A stretch of 64,000 bases of DNA from Alteromonadaceae bacterium (GTDB lineage: Bacteria > Pseudomonadota > Gammaproteobacteria > Enterobacterales > Alteromonadaceae): contig WKFN01000012.1 of the NCBI GenBank assembly GCA_014872805.1, positions 67,998 through 131,997 of the forward strand, read 5' to 3'. Below the pieces are notes generated by a model, which saw nothing but the letters and a program-made list of their open reading frames with translations, ran no database searches and was not told the origin of the DNA. Position numbers and translations under genes: made by a program. Position 1 is the stretch's first letter. The number at the start of each line of letters is the position of its first letter. Below, piece by piece: positions 1 through 10,870 of the stretch.

Positions 1-1
1 T

Positions 2-1861
2 GCTGGCTATGAACAATTAGAAGTGTACACAACCCGCCCAGACACACTTCTCGGCGTGACTTTCGTGTCTGTTGCCGCTCAGCATCCGATTGCCCTTGAA
101 GCGGCCAAAACCAATCCTGATTTAGCGGCCTTTCTCGATGAATGCAAAAACACCAAAGTCGCAGAAGCTGATATGGCAACAATGGACAAGAAGGGGATGG
201 CTACAGGATTTTCTGCAATCCATCCTTTGACAGGGAATACTGTACCGATTTGGGTTGGCAACTTTGTTTTAATGGAATACGGCTCTGGTGCGGTCATGGC
301 AGTACCAGCACACGACCAGCGCGATTGGGAATTTGCTCATAAATATGGTTTGCCAGTAAAACAAGTCATAGAATTTGCGCAAGAACACGACTTAAATGAA
401 GCGGCCTATACCGAAAAAGGCACTTTGATTAACTCGGGTGATTTTGATGGCTTGGACTTTCCCCAAGCATTTGACGCAATCATTGATGCGCTAGAAGCAA
501 AAGAGCGCGGTCAGAAAACCATCAATTATCGTCTTCGTGATTGGGGCGTTTCGCGTCAACGCTATTGGGGAACTCCGATCCCTATGTTGAATACTCAAGA
601 CGGTGAATCCGTTCCGGCACCAGCTGAAGATTTGCCAGTGCGCTTGCCTGAAGATGTGGTAATGGATGGCGTTACTTCTCCTATCAAGGCGGATCCTGAG
701 TGGGCCAAAACCACATACAATGGACAGCCAGCGACCCGTGAAACGGATACCTTCGATACTTTTATGGAGTCATCTTGGTATTACGCACGCTACACGTCGG
801 CCCCATCGGATGCGATGCTCGATCCAGCTGAAGCCAATTATTGGTTACCAGTGGATCAGTATGTTGGCGGGATTGAACATGCTATTTTGCATTTGTTGTA
901 TTCGCGCTTTTTCCATAAATTACTGCGCGATGAAGGCCTTGTCGATTCGTCTGAACCATACAAGCGACTGCTCTGCCAAGGCATGGTGTTAGCGGATTCA
1001 TTTTACCGTGAGGATGATGCGGGTAAAAAAACTTGGTATTCACCAGCCGATGTAACCGTCGAGAAAGATGAGAAAGGACGTGTTGTTGGCGCAACGCTCA
1101 ATGCAGATGGTCAGCCCGTTGTTCATGGTGGAATGACAAAGATGTCTAAGTCAAAAAACAACGGAATTGACCCACAATCGGTAATTGACCAATACGGTGC
1201 AGATACAGTCAGACTCTTTACTATGTTTGCCGCGCCGCCAGAACAAACTCTAGAATGGGTTGATTCTGGCGTAGAAGGTGCACATCGCTTCTTACGCAGA
1301 GTGTGGAACCTAGTCCATGAACACTTGAAGCACGGTGCTACTGCGCCATTAGCTAACAACTTGTCTAAGCCGCAACGTGAATTACGTCGTATTATCCATA
1401 AGACCATTGCCAAAGTCAGTGATGATATTGAGAGGCGTCAAACCTTTAACACCGCTATTGCAGCCATAATGGAGTTGACCAATGCACTGCAAAAGGCGTC
1501 GGTCGATACAGATAACGACCGTAGTGTGGTACGAGAAGGTATCGAAGCCTTAATTTTGATGTTGACACCTGTGACGCCTCACATTTGTCATGTTTTATGG
1601 CAAGCTCTAGGCCACTCTGATGTTCATAATGCTCCTTGGCCAACGGCTGATGCTGAGGCCATGATAGAGGACGAAAAACTTATCATTGTTCAAGTCAATG
1701 GCAAACTTAGAGCCAAAATCACCGTTGCCGCAGACGCAGCACAAGCAGACGTAGAGCAAATTGCTATGGCTGAAGGCAATGTGCAATCCTTTGTTGACGG
1801 AAAAACCATTCGCAAAGTGATATTTGTTCCGGGTAAATTACTCAACATTGTTGCGAATTAA
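2..1861 (+). CDS. leuS: Leucyl-tRNA synthetase, C-terminal ~619 aa (5' end lies upstream of the window)
   Basis: The frame is open from the window edge; the ORF track starts at an internal Met at 23. [12 protein letters not shown], the KMSKS loop ([13 protein letters not shown]) and the C-terminal VNGKLRAKI block are colinear with E. coli LeuS. It is followed by lptE-holA as in enterics. Confidence 0.97.
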   Translation, partial: AGYEQLEVYTTRPDTLLGVTFVSVAAQHPIALEAAKTNPDLAAFLDECKNTKVAEADMATMDKKGMATGFSAIHPLTGNTVPIWVGNFVLMEYGSGAVMAVPAHDQRDWEFAHKYGLPVKQVIEFAQEHDLNEAAYTEKGTLINSGDFDGLDFPQAFDAIIDALEAKERGQKTINYRLRDWGVSRQRYWGTPIPMLNTQDGESVPAPAEDLPVRLPEDVVMDGVTSPIKADPEWAKTTYNGQPATRETDTFDTFMESSWYYARYTSAPSDAMLDPAEANYWLPVDQYVGGIEHAILHLLYSRFFHKLLRDEGLVDSSEPYKRLLCQGMVLADSFYREDDAGKKTWYSPADVTVEKDEKGRVVGATLNADGQPVVHGGMTKMSKSKNNGIDPQSVIDQYGADTVRLFTMFAAPPEQTLEWVDSGVEGAHRFLRRVWNLVHEHLKHGATAPLANNLSKPQRELRRIIHKTIAKVSDDIERRQTFNTAIAAIMELTNALQKASVDTDNDRSVVREGIEALILMLTPVTPHICHVLWQALGHSDVHNAPWPTADAEAMIEDEKLIIVQVNGKLRAKITVAADAAQADVEQIAMAEGNVQSFVDGKTIRKVIFVPGKLLNIVAN

Positions 1862-1863
1862 TC

Positions 1864-2349
1864 ATGCGTTTATGGTTTCTTATTTTTGTGGTATTTTCTT
1901 TGTCGAGTTGTGGCTTTACGCCGCGACAAGCCAATTTGGTACCACAGGAACTGCGCCGACTCGCAATAGTCACTCAACCATCAACCCAAGCATTTGCTGA
2001 GGCACTGAAGCGTTTAGGCTCTCTAAATGATTTAGTTTGGCGCAACGAGAGTAATATTCGCTTAAATTTGATCGATGAAAAGGTCACTCGCAGACTCTTA
2101 TCTGTATTTGCTTCAGGACAAGTCGCTGAATATGAGCTAAATTATACGCTACGCTATCAATTATCCGTTGATTCGGCTTCTATCCCATTAGAAATCAATA
2201 TCCTTCGAGACTATCAAGATGATCCAAAGCAGGTTTTAGCCAAATCTCTGGAACTTGAACTCATTATGCAAGAATTGCGAAACCAAGCTGCCGAACAACT
2301 GCTTAGAACGCTTGCGGTAAACTATCAAACCGCTTTGTTGCTGGAGTAA
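1864..2349 (+). CDS. lptE: LPS-assembly lipoprotein LptE (RlpB)
   Basis: Hydrophobic signal peptide ending in lipobox LSSC. Size is 161 aa. It starts 2 nt after the leuS stop and holds the conserved leuS-lptE-holA position. Confidence 0.85.
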   Translation: MRLWFLIFVVFSLSSCGFTPRQANLVPQELRRLAIVTQPSTQAFAEALKRLGSLNDLVWRNESNIRLNLIDEKVTRRLLSVFASGQVAEYELNYTLRYQLSVDSASIPLEINILRDYQDDPKQVLAKSLELELIMQELRNQAAEQLLRTLAVNYQTALLLE

Positions 2350-2352
2350 ATT

Positions 2353-3381
2353 GTGCAAATCAAATCGGACCAACTCTACGCGCAATTATCTAAGCAAATC
2401 CCACATGTGGTGCTTATTTTTGGTGATGAACCACAGCAAGTAATTGAAGCATTGGACTGTGTTCGAAATGCGGCAAAAGACAATGGTTTTTCGGAACGCA
2501 CCTCACTTACTGCTGATGGGCAATTTGAGTGGGACAGTTTATTTGACGCCACTCAGACTATGTCGTTATTCAGTGATAAGCAAATGATCGAGTTGTATCT
2601 GCCGACCGGTAAACCGGGTGTTAGTGGCAGTAAAACACTCATCGCGCTGGCTGAACAATTGCACGATGACTTACTTTTAGTGATCCACGGTCCTCGAGTT
2701 GGCAAAGATGTGCAAAACACCAAATGGTTTAAGACCATTGCGCAATGTGGGTTATTTGTGCCCTGCTACCCTCTATCGGGACACGCTTTACAGCAATGGT
2801 TAGCAAGGTTATTGCAACAGGCAGGACTCAATTTCGAGCGAGAATGCGTTCAGTTTATCGCGGATGCGTGCGAAGGTAATATGCTTGCCGCAGCTCAAGA
2901 AGTACAAAAATTAGCATTGCTTTACGACTCTCAGACTTTGACATTAGATATGTGTCGACATGCGGTCGTAGAGCAATCTCGCTTTAACGTGTTTCAGCTA
3001 ATCGATGAAGTACTCAAAGGCGATAGCGACATGATTGTGCGTCTGCTTTTGCGTCTAGAGGGCGAAGGCGTTGAACCCAATGTCATTATATGGTCTTTAC
3101 TCAAGGAATGGCAAAACCTGCTGCAATTGCAAACGTTGTTACAAAGCAAGCAACCCATTCCGTGGCAGCGTTTTGGTATTTGGCCACAGCGTCAACCACT
3201 TTATCAAGCCGCATTACAAAGGCTCGAGCCACAACAACTCGAAGCCATTGCTAATGAATTAACCTATGCAGATAAGCAATTTAAATCAGAAACGACGGCC
3301 AGACCTTTTGTTCAACTTGCTCACTTGTGTTTATTGTTTACTGCTCAAGGGGCTCAGGAGATATCATTACAACGCGCATGA
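2353..3381 (+). CDS. holA: DNA polymerase III delta subunit
   Basis: 342 aa with a GTG start 3 nt after the lptE stop. It sits in the conserved slot between lptE and nadD. Its stop overlaps the nadD start (ATGA). Confidence 0.85.
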   Translation: MQIKSDQLYAQLSKQIPHVVLIFGDEPQQVIEALDCVRNAAKDNGFSERTSLTADGQFEWDSLFDATQTMSLFSDKQMIELYLPTGKPGVSGSKTLIALAEQLHDDLLLVIHGPRVGKDVQNTKWFKTIAQCGLFVPCYPLSGHALQQWLARLLQQAGLNFERECVQFIADACEGNMLAAAQEVQKLALLYDSQTLTLDMCRHAVVEQSRFNVFQLIDEVLKGDSDMIVRLLLRLEGEGVEPNVIIWSLLKEWQNLLQLQTLLQSKQPIPWQRFGIWPQRQPLYQAALQRLEPQQLEAIANELTYADKQFKSETTARPFVQLAHLCLLFTAQGAQEISLQRA

Positions 3382-3998
3382 AAATCGTCTTTGGCGGCAC
3401 ATTTAACCCTGTGCATTTTGGTCATATTAAACCACTGTTAAGCTTATGCGAAGAATTTGGCTTTGCACAAATCGGCTTGATGCCAAACTTCGTAAGCCCC
3501 TTCAAGCAAGGTGAATGCATGGTTTCCAATAACCACCGAATTAACATGCTCGAAAAAGTCATCGCAGAATTTCCTAAGCTATATCTCATTCGTGATGAAA
3601 TCGACCGTGAATGTGTGTCGTATACCGCGGATACGATTCAATCTTGGCGTGACAGAACGCCTGAAGAAGAGATTGTTTTTGTCATGGGCGCTGACAGTTA
3701 CCAACAACTGCATCACTGGTATGATGTTACACGGTTACTGGAACAAACCAGCATAATTGTATTGCCACGTGATAAACCTGTACAAAAAAACAACAACCTA
3801 GCGCCTAAACTTGAGTTTTTTGATTCCCATCAGGGCTTAATGAAGGGGCACATTTATCTGGCTCAAACTGCCTTGTATCCAATTTCTTCAACACAAATTC
3901 GCCAAGCCATACAAAACAATCAAGACTGTGCTAAATATCTCCCTAAAGGCGTGTTAAACTATATACAAACACACCATTTATACCAACACCACAATTAG
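3378..3998 (+). CDS. nadD: Nicotinate-nucleotide adenylyltransferase
   Basis: GGTFNPVHFGH (the (H/T)xGH nucleotidyltransferase motif) lies right after Met at 3378. There is an ATGA overlap with holA. The upstream extension in the ORF track (from 3327) lies inside holA and is discarded. Confidence 0.9.
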   Translation: MKIVFGGTFNPVHFGHIKPLLSLCEEFGFAQIGLMPNFVSPFKQGECMVSNNHRINMLEKVIAEFPKLYLIRDEIDRECVSYTADTIQSWRDRTPEEEIVFVMGADSYQQLHHWYDVTRLLEQTSIIVLPRDKPVQKNNNLAPKLEFFDSHQGLMKGHIYLAQTALYPISSTQIRQAIQNNQDCAKYLPKGVLNYIQTHHLYQHHN

Positions 3999-4006
3999 AG
4001 GTACTC

Positions 4007-4324
4007 TTGGAGTTACAAGCGTTATTAGAATTTGTCATTGATAAAGCGGATGACATGAAAGCACGTGATATTATTACGTTAGATTTGACCGGTAAAAGTA
4101 CAATTACCGATGCCTTTGTGATTTGTTCAGGCAATTCCAAACGACATGTTTGCGCCATTGCCGAAAATGTTGTTATGGAAATGAAACATGCAGGCTCCCC
4201 TCCCCTTAACATCTCCGGCACCGAAGATGGAGAATGGGTGGTTGTAGATATGGGTGATGTGGTGTTGCATGTAATGCAGGATGCGTCACGTGATTACTTT
4301 CAACTTGAGAAACTTTGGGGATAA
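4007..4324 (+). CDS. rsfS: Ribosomal silencing factor RsfS (YbeB)
   Basis: 105 aa, colinear with E. coli RsfS (FVIDKxDDxKxxDIIxLD ... LEKLW). TTG start with AGAGG 5 nt upstream. The nadD-rsfS-rlmH order is conserved. Confidence 0.9.
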   Translation: MELQALLEFVIDKADDMKARDIITLDLTGKSTITDAFVICSGNSKRHVCAIAENVVMEMKHAGSPPLNISGTEDGEWVVVDMGDVVLHVMQDASRDYFQLEKLWG

Positions 4325-4336
4325 CTGGAATCATCC

Positions 4337-4807
4337 ATGCGCATCACTATTATTGCTGTTGGCACCAAAATGCCAGCATGGGTAGAGAAAGGTTGTCGCG
4401 AGTTTTTGCGCCGATTTCCGCCTGAGCTCGATGTGCATTTTAAAGAAATTCCAGCAGGTAAACGCGGCAAAAATGCCGATATCCCACGTATACTAGAAAA
4501 AGAAGGTGAACTGACTTGTCAAGCCATTGGCAAAGGAGATAAAGTCGTCACCCTTGAAGTCAAAGGTCGTCCATGGGATACCCCGCAACTTGCCCAACAA
4601 TTACAGAACTGGCAAATGGACGGACGCAACATTAGCTTGCTCATTGGTGGTCCGGAGGGACTCGCGCCGAGTTGTTTAGCGTTGGCCGAACAAAGATGGT
4701 CTCTATCAGCATTGACATTACCACATCCTTTGGTAAGGATCATAGTTGCAGAGAGTCTTTATCGGGCTTGGACCGTTACTCAAAACCATCCATACCATCG
4801 GGAATAA
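4337..4807 (+). CDS. rlmH: 23S rRNA (pseudouridine1915-N3)-methyltransferase RlmH
   Basis: 156 aa with near-identical blocks to E. coli RlmH (AVGTKMPxWV, [37 protein letters not shown]). Confidence 0.94.
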   Translation: MRITIIAVGTKMPAWVEKGCREFLRRFPPELDVHFKEIPAGKRGKNADIPRILEKEGELTCQAIGKGDKVVTLEVKGRPWDTPQLAQQLQNWQMDGRNISLLIGGPEGLAPSCLALAEQRWSLSALTLPHPLVRIIVAESLYRAWTVTQNHPYHRE

Positions 4808-4813
4808 GATATT

Positions 4814-6715
4814 ATGGCTAAGCGCCGTCAGGCAATGCGTGATTATACCGCCGAAGATAAGTTGTTCTTGCGCCGTGCATTCATCGCAGTATGTTTGGTC
4901 GCCGTTGTTTTTGGGGTGCTTCTCCTTAATATGTATCAATTACAGATAGTCTCTTTTGAAGATTATCAAACCCGAGCTGACGGCAATCGTATCAAGGTGG
5001 TTCCCATTGCGCCAAATCGTGGGTTGATTTATGACCGCAACGGCGTTTTATTAGCAGAAAACCGTCCTTCATTTAGCTTGCGGATGGTCAAAGAACAAAT
5101 CCGCGATATTGACGAAACCGTTGCCGAACTTTCAGAACTGCTTGTAATTAATGAAGAGCAATTACAAGAAATTCGTGACAGCATCAAAAATGCCCGCCGT
5201 TTTCAACCAGTCACTATTTTGGATAACCTTAACGAAGAACAAGTGGCTAAATTTTCAGCGCAACAGCATCGTTTTTCGGGTATGTTTGTTGAGGCCGGTT
5301 TGACCCGATATTACCCGTACGCCGATGCATTGACTCACGTGCTCGGTTACATTGCCAAAATCAATGACCAAAATCTAGAAAGCATCGCTTTAAGAGGTCA
5401 AACTTCGAACTATGCCGCAACGCGTTTTATTGGCAAACAAGGAATTGAACGCTACTATGAGGACAGACTCCACGGTAGCGTTGGTTACAAACAAGTCGAA
5501 GTCGATAATAAAGGCCGGGAATTACGAGTATTATCTGTTGAAGAACCGATTCCTGGGGAGGATTTGGTTCTAAATATCGATGTGCAGCTGCAATTGTTTA
5601 TCCAAAGTATCATGCGAGAAAAACGCGGGTCAGTGGTTGTTTCAGAACCTAGCACTGGGCAAATCTTAGCGATGTTTTCAAATCCTAGTTATGATCCCAA
5701 TTTGTTTGTTCGTGGGATCAGTCAAAAAGCATACAACAAACTTATCCAAAATACCGACCGTCCATTACTAAATCGTGCCGTACAAGGACAATATCCTCCC
5801 GCATCTTTGATTAAACCCCATCTTGCTTTACTTGGCCTTGAATATGGTGTCATTTCAGAAAATACCAAAATCCACGACCCGGGTTATTATCAACTACCTG
5901 ACGTATCTCACCGCTGGCGCGATTGGAAGAAAACAGGCCACGGACATGTTGATGTCAAATATTCAATTGAAGTATCTTGTGATACCTTTTTTTATGAGCT
6001 GGCTTATAAGTTGGGTATTGATACCATTCATGAGTATATGACTCAATTTGGTTTTGGCTTATATACTGAAATTGATTTAGCTGAAGAAACCGACGGTAAT
6101 ATGCCATCTCGTGGATGGAAACAAGCCCGTTTCAATCAACCTTGGTATATTGGTGATACGATTTCTATAGGTATTGGTCAAGGTTATTGGACAGCGACGC
6201 CGATTCAGTTACTTAACTCATTAAATACGTTACTCAACGACGGGGTTCGCCATATTCCACAAATTTTAAGAGGTTCACTGATCCAAGAATCATTACTTGA
6301 ACAAAGTGTTAGCGAATTCCCTCCGATTTCGGTGCTTCAGTCTAGACATTGGGAGCATGTACGAGAGTCCATGAGGGATACCGTTGGACTGCCGCATGGA
6401 ACTGCATACGGTGCGTATCGGAATGCCAAGTATTCATCCGGTGGCAAGACTGGAACCGCTCAATTATTCACTGTTGGGCAAGATGAAGACGTTGACGAAA
6501 TAGAAATAGCCGATTATTTGAAAGACAATGCGATGTACTTCGGCTATGCGCCTGTTGATACTCCTGAAATTAGTGTCATGGTGGCTTTGGAAAACGCCGG
6601 TGGCGGTGGTTCTAATGCAGCCCCTCTCGCACGGCAAGTGATGGATTACTATCTCGTAGATCGAACATCACGCGACGCCACGATTGCTCATAAAAAGGTC
6701 AAATTTAATGACTAA
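4814..6715 (+). CDS. mrdA: Penicillin-binding protein 2 (elongasome transpeptidase)
   Basis: N-terminal TM anchor, SxxK (ASLIK), SxD (SCD) and KTG (GGKTGTAQ) motifs. The rlmH-mrdA-rodA order is conserved. Confidence 0.95.
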   Translation: MAKRRQAMRDYTAEDKLFLRRAFIAVCLVAVVFGVLLLNMYQLQIVSFEDYQTRADGNRIKVVPIAPNRGLIYDRNGVLLAENRPSFSLRMVKEQIRDIDETVAELSELLVINEEQLQEIRDSIKNARRFQPVTILDNLNEEQVAKFSAQQHRFSGMFVEAGLTRYYPYADALTHVLGYIAKINDQNLESIALRGQTSNYAATRFIGKQGIERYYEDRLHGSVGYKQVEVDNKGRELRVLSVEEPIPGEDLVLNIDVQLQLFIQSIMREKRGSVVVSEPSTGQILAMFSNPSYDPNLFVRGISQKAYNKLIQNTDRPLLNRAVQGQYPPASLIKPHLALLGLEYGVISENTKIHDPGYYQLPDVSHRWRDWKKTGHGHVDVKYSIEVSCDTFFYELAYKLGIDTIHEYMTQFGFGLYTEIDLAEETDGNMPSRGWKQARFNQPWYIGDTISIGIGQGYWTATPIQLLNSLNTLLNDGVRHIPQILRGSLIQESLLEQSVSEFPPISVLQSRHWEHVRESMRDTVGLPHGTAYGAYRNAKYSSGGKTGTAQLFTVGQDEDVDEIEIADYLKDNAMYFGYAPVDTPEISVMVALENAGGGGSNAAPLARQVMDYYLVDRTSRDATIAHKKVKFND

Positions 6716-7820
6716 CCCGTCCTCGTCTTTCTTATCGAGTTTACTGCAGCGCTTGCATATCGACGTATGGTTGATGGTGGGTTTAATTGTCTTAATGGGG
6801 ACCGGACTAGTAACGATATACTCAGCAGGTGGTGAAGACATTGTACTGATCCACAAGCAAGTGACCCGACTCGGTATTGGCTTGGCCGTGATGTTGTTTT
6901 GTGCACAGATACCGATACATTTTTATCGTTCAATTGCGCCGATATTTTATTTAGTTGGAGTCTTGCTATTAGTCGCTGTACTGTTCATTGGTGTCGAGGG
7001 TAAAGGCGCACAACGCTGGCTCGATTTGGGCTTTATGCGTTTTCAGCCATCTGAAATACTCAAGTTGTTCGTGCCGATGACCATTGCTTGGTATCTCAGC
7101 CAAGAACCATTACCACCGAAGCTCAAACACGTATTGATAGGCTTTTTACTCGTGTTGATTCCCGCTTTGCTCATTGCCAAACAACCCGACTTAGGTACGG
7201 CCTTACTGATTGCTAGTTCGGGATTATTTGCGTTGTTCTTAGCTGGGTTGAGTTGGCGAATCATAACGGTGTCTAGTGTCTTAGCGATAAGCTTTATTCC
7301 GGTAATGTGGTTCTTTTTGATGAAAGCCTATCAAAAACAACGAGTCATCACGTTTTTAAATCCAGAAAGCGACCCTTTAGGTGCGGGCTACCATATCATT
7401 CAAAGTAAAATCGCCATTGGCTCTGGTGGGTTTTCTGGTAAAGGCTGGTTAAAAGGCTCGCAATCACAATTGGAATTTTTACCCGAACGGCACACTGATT
7501 TTATCTTTTCTGTATTTAGTGAAGAATTTGGTTTGATAGGAGTTTTGCTGCTGCTTGCGTTGTATGGATTTATCATAGTGCGAGGCCTCATTATAGCTGG
7601 TAGAAGTCAGTTTATATTTTGTAAATTATTGGCTGGTAGTATTACGTTGACCTTTTTTGTCTATGTGTTTGTGAATATTGGGATGGTCAGCGGCTTGTTA
7701 CCTGTGGTCGGAGTACCTCTGCCATTGGTTAGCTATGGCGGCACGTCCATGGTTACCTTGTTGGCTGGTTTTGGGATCGTAATGGCCGTTGCCACGCAAA
7801 AAAAGGTGGTTTCTCGATGA
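6708..7820 (+). CDS. rodA: SEDS peptidoglycan glycosyltransferase RodA
   Basis: Polytopic SEDS protein (PERHTDFIF, SYGGTS). The Met at 6708 gives 370 aa as in E. coli RodA, and that start overlaps the mrdA end by 8 nt. The ORF-track start at 6684 lies further inside mrdA. Confidence 0.93.
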   Translation: MTNPSSSFLSSLLQRLHIDVWLMVGLIVLMGTGLVTIYSAGGEDIVLIHKQVTRLGIGLAVMLFCAQIPIHFYRSIAPIFYLVGVLLLVAVLFIGVEGKGAQRWLDLGFMRFQPSEILKLFVPMTIAWYLSQEPLPPKLKHVLIGFLLVLIPALLIAKQPDLGTALLIASSGLFALFLAGLSWRIITVSSVLAISFIPVMWFFLMKAYQKQRVITFLNPESDPLGAGYHIIQSKIAIGSGGFSGKGWLKGSQSQLEFLPERHTDFIFSVFSEEFGLIGVLLLLALYGFIIVRGLIIAGRSQFIFCKLLAGSITLTFFVYVFVNIGMVSGLLPVVGVPLPLVSYGGTSMVTLLAGFGIVMAVATQKKVVSR

Positions 7821-8635
7821 AGATCTGGATCATTTTTTTAGTCTTAGTTATCAGTGGCTGTGCCCAATCTTATCGCTACTCTCAACGAGTAGATTCAGCC
7901 CCGGCGGTGCTGATTCCTGATCATGAACCCTCACCCATTATCCCGCGTTACGAGCCATATCGCTTAGCCAATCTCCGTCCTTATAATATTGCAGGTATTT
8001 CCTATCAGCCCCTATTAAGTGGATATGGCTTTGTGGAAGAAGGCATTGCATCTTGGTACGGACAAAAATTTCATGGTTACGCCACCGCCAATGGTGAGAC
8101 ATTTGATATGTATGAATATACGGCTGCCCATACCACCTTGCCATTGCCATCATACGCCAGAGTGACTAACTTAGATAATGGTAAGTCTCTGATTGTTAGA
8201 ATTAACGACCGCGGCCCTTTTCACAACAACCGAGTAATAGATTTGTCTTTTGCAGCCGCCAAAGAACTCGATTATTTAGATTCAGGAACGGCCAACGTGC
8301 GCATTGAAGTCATACACGTAGACAAGAACGAACTAGTGACGATTGGGGATAGTACACCGATCCCCTTATCTGAATTTGTGCTTCCTTCACCTTTGCAGAA
8401 GGCTGAGGCCATCAAGCAGTATTATGTGCAAGTGGCAGCTTCTACCAGTGAAGAAAACATCCTCTCTCTCGGTGACGTATTGCAACAAATCTATCAGACG
8501 GATTTTAAAGTTGCCGCACGAAATAACCTATACCGTTTAAAGCTTGGCCCTTTTGCTGATTATTTGAGCGCATCTGATGCACTAAAAAACCTGCAAAGTA
8601 ACGATTACCCTGAGGCCTTTATTGTTTTCGAGTAA
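7817..8635 (+). CDS. rlpA: Septal ring lytic transglycosylase RlpA (DPBB + SPOR domains)
   Basis: Lipobox ISGC, a DPBB core (ASWYGxKFHGxxTANGExFD ... RINDRGPF) and a C-terminal SPOR-like YYVQVAA...LYRLKLGPF. ATGA overlap with rodA. Confidence 0.9.
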   Translation: MKIWIIFLVLVISGCAQSYRYSQRVDSAPAVLIPDHEPSPIIPRYEPYRLANLRPYNIAGISYQPLLSGYGFVEEGIASWYGQKFHGYATANGETFDMYEYTAAHTTLPLPSYARVTNLDNGKSLIVRINDRGPFHNNRVIDLSFAAAKELDYLDSGTANVRIEVIHVDKNELVTIGDSTPIPLSEFVLPSPLQKAEAIKQYYVQVAASTSEENILSLGDVLQQIYQTDFKVAARNNLYRLKLGPFADYLSASDALKNLQSNDYPEAFIVFE

Positions 8636-8722
8636 GAGTGCAACTTTTTTGCCCTTTTAAGGTCACATTGTCCATACAATCTTGTTACAATCTTCACAGT
8701 TTAATTTTGAATTGGTTTGTCT

Positions 8723-9880
8723 ATGTTTAAAGCAGTACTCCTTACCATTTGTTCTTGTTTTTTTATTTCTTTCGCACATGCTCTTGTGGTCATTCCCCCT
8801 CCACCATCGGTCGCCGCTGAAGGGTTTTTATTAATTGATGCTAAAACTGGACATGTCATTGCTGAACAAAACGCGGATGTACAACTCGCTCCGGCTAGCC
8901 TAACCAAAATCATGACTATGTATGTGATTGGTCAAGAGTTACAAGCCGGCAATATTGCCCTCACCGATATGGTGAGTATTTCAGAAAACGCATGGGCGAA
9001 AAACTTCCCTGATTCATCCAAAATGTTTATCGAAGTCGGCACAAAAGTAAGCGTTTCTGATTTGATGAAGGGCATTGTCATTCAATCAGGAAATGATGCA
9101 TGCGTGGCAATGGCTGAGCATGTTGCGGGAAGCCATGATGCTTTCGTGAGCATGATGAATGCCTATGCGGCTAAGTTAGGTATGACCAGCACCAACTTTA
9201 TGAACGCCCATGGTTTGCATGACCCAGAACACTATACCACGCCTCGTGATATGGCTCGCTTATCGCAAGCACTTATTAACGATAATCCCAAAGAATATCA
9301 GCTCTACAGTCAAAAAGAATTTGAATACAACAACATTAAGCAATTTAACCGCAATAGCTTATTATGGGATAAGGCTCTCAATGTTGATGGCATCAAAACT
9401 GGCCACACTTCCGATGCAGGTTATTCGCTTATTACATCTGCCACTCAAGGTGATATGAGACTGATTTCTGTGGTAATGGGTACTGAATCTGAACGTGCAC
9501 GCAAAACCGAAAACAAAAAACTTCTGCGCTACGGGTTCCGTTTCTTTGAAACCATTGAACCTTACAAAGCCGGCGAAAGCTTTGTTGCGCATCGTATTTA
9601 TATGGGCAACCGAGATACGGTTGATTTAGGAATTGATCAAGATGTATCTATTACCATTCCAAGAGGACAAGCTCAAAACCTAACAGCGAATTTCGTCCTT
9701 GACCGCAAGTTAGAGGCGCCTCTCTCTAATGGAGAAACCGTTGGCAAGCTATTTCTGCAAATCGAAGACGAAGTGATCGCTCAGTACCCACTAGTCTCTT
9801 TGCAGAGTGTCGAAGAAGGCGGTTTCTTTTCCAAAGCAGTGGACTTTATCAAGCTCAAAATTAGCAGCGATGAACAATAA
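8723..9880 (+). CDS. dacA: D-alanyl-D-alanine carboxypeptidase (PBP5/6 family)
   Basis: Signal peptide, then SLTK (SxxK), SGND and KTGHT motifs. The rlpA-dacA-ybeD order is conserved. ATG at 8723 is preferred over the TTG at 8717. Confidence 0.9.
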   Translation: MFKAVLLTICSCFFISFAHALVVIPPPPSVAAEGFLLIDAKTGHVIAEQNADVQLAPASLTKIMTMYVIGQELQAGNIALTDMVSISENAWAKNFPDSSKMFIEVGTKVSVSDLMKGIVIQSGNDACVAMAEHVAGSHDAFVSMMNAYAAKLGMTSTNFMNAHGLHDPEHYTTPRDMARLSQALINDNPKEYQLYSQKEFEYNNIKQFNRNSLLWDKALNVDGIKTGHTSDAGYSLITSATQGDMRLISVVMGTESERARKTENKKLLRYGFRFFETIEPYKAGESFVAHRIYMGNRDTVDLGIDQDVSITIPRGQAQNLTANFVLDRKLEAPLSNGETVGKLFLQIEDEVIAQYPLVSLQSVEEGGFFSKAVDFIKLKISSDEQ

Positions 9881-9901
9881 TATTTGATATGGTGAATTCA
9901 C

Positions 9902-9935
9902 AACGGTCTGAGTGTATAATCAGACCGTTTTTTTT
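9902..9935 (+). terminator. Rho-independent terminator after dacA
   Basis: AACGGTCTGA (9902-9911) pairs with TCAGACCGTT (9920-9929) across an 8-nt loop, followed by a T-run to 9935. Confidence 0.85.
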
Positions 9936-9951
9936 ATCCAAAGGTGATAAT

Positions 9952-10215
9952 GTGGATACCCGTTTTGACGAACTTCTTGAATTTCCTTGCTACCAAACTT
10001 TCAAGGTCCTTGGCGTAGCTCAACCTGACTTCCCTGACCAAGTGATCACTCGTTTGCAGCAACTAGCACCTGGTGACTATAATCCGACAGTAAAACCCAG
10101 CAGCAAGGGCAATTATCATGCTTTATCACTGAGTGTAAAGGTGACATCTAAAACGCATATGGAGTCGATTTATACTGAACTGTCGGCATTAGATGTTGTT
10201 CGAGTCGTGATCTAA
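9952..10215 (+). CDS. ybeD: UPF0250 protein YbeD
   Basis: GTG at 9952 with AGGTG 5 nt upstream gives 87 aa, the same length as E. coli YbeD (LLEFPxxxxxKVxG...[17 protein letters not shown]). The longer ORF-track form (from 9889) would run through the dacA terminator hairpin. Confidence 0.85.
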   Translation: MDTRFDELLEFPCYQTFKVLGVAQPDFPDQVITRLQQLAPGDYNPTVKPSSKGNYHALSLSVKVTSKTHMESIYTELSALDVVRVVI

Positions 10216-10225
10216 GCGTTTATTT

Positions 10226-10870
10226 ATGGATACGATTATCGTTCGCCAACTCGGTCGTTGTGACTATGCCCCCATCTGGCAAAAGATGCAGGACTTTACC
10301 GATCGACGTGATGAACACACTCATGATGAAATATGGTTAGTCGAACATGCAGCGGTATTTACCCAAGGGCAAGCGGGTAAAGCCGAGCACATACTGAATG
10401 TTTCAGATATTCCGATTGTCAAGGTCGACCGCGGAGGGCAAGTTACCTATCACGGCCCAGGCCAACAGGTGATGTATGTTTTACTGAATATCAAACGTCG
10501 CAAACTTGGTGTGCGTCAACTCGTTACAGCGTTAGAGGAGACGATTGTGGCGCATTTAGCCCAAGCTGGTATTGAGAGTTATCCAAAAAAAGATGCGCCA
10601 GGTGTTTATGTCAACGAAGCTAAGATTTGTTCTATTGGCTTACGCATTCGCAAAGGTTGTTCATTTCATGGACTTGCGTTGAATGTGAATATGGATTTAA
10701 GCCCATTTCAGCTTATCAACCCCTGTGGCTATGCTGGTTTACAGATGGTTGATGCACACCGACTTGGCGACGAGCGTCCACTAGAACAAGTTGGAGTATC
10801 TGTAGTAAAATGTTTTAATGCGCTAATAGGAGCGCCTGCACTAGAATTTAGAGAAGGTTTTGATGAGTAA
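10226..10870 (+). CDS. lipB: Octanoyltransferase LipB
   Basis: [34 protein letters not shown] and INPCGY blocks match LipB. Confidence 0.95.
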   Translation: MDTIIVRQLGRCDYAPIWQKMQDFTDRRDEHTHDEIWLVEHAAVFTQGQAGKAEHILNVSDIPIVKVDRGGQVTYHGPGQQVMYVLLNIKRRKLGVRQLVTALEETIVAHLAQAGIESYPKKDAPGVYVNEAKICSIGLRIRKGCSFHGLALNVNMDLSPFQLINPCGYAGLQMVDAHRLGDERPLEQVGVSVVKCFNALIGAPALEFREGFDE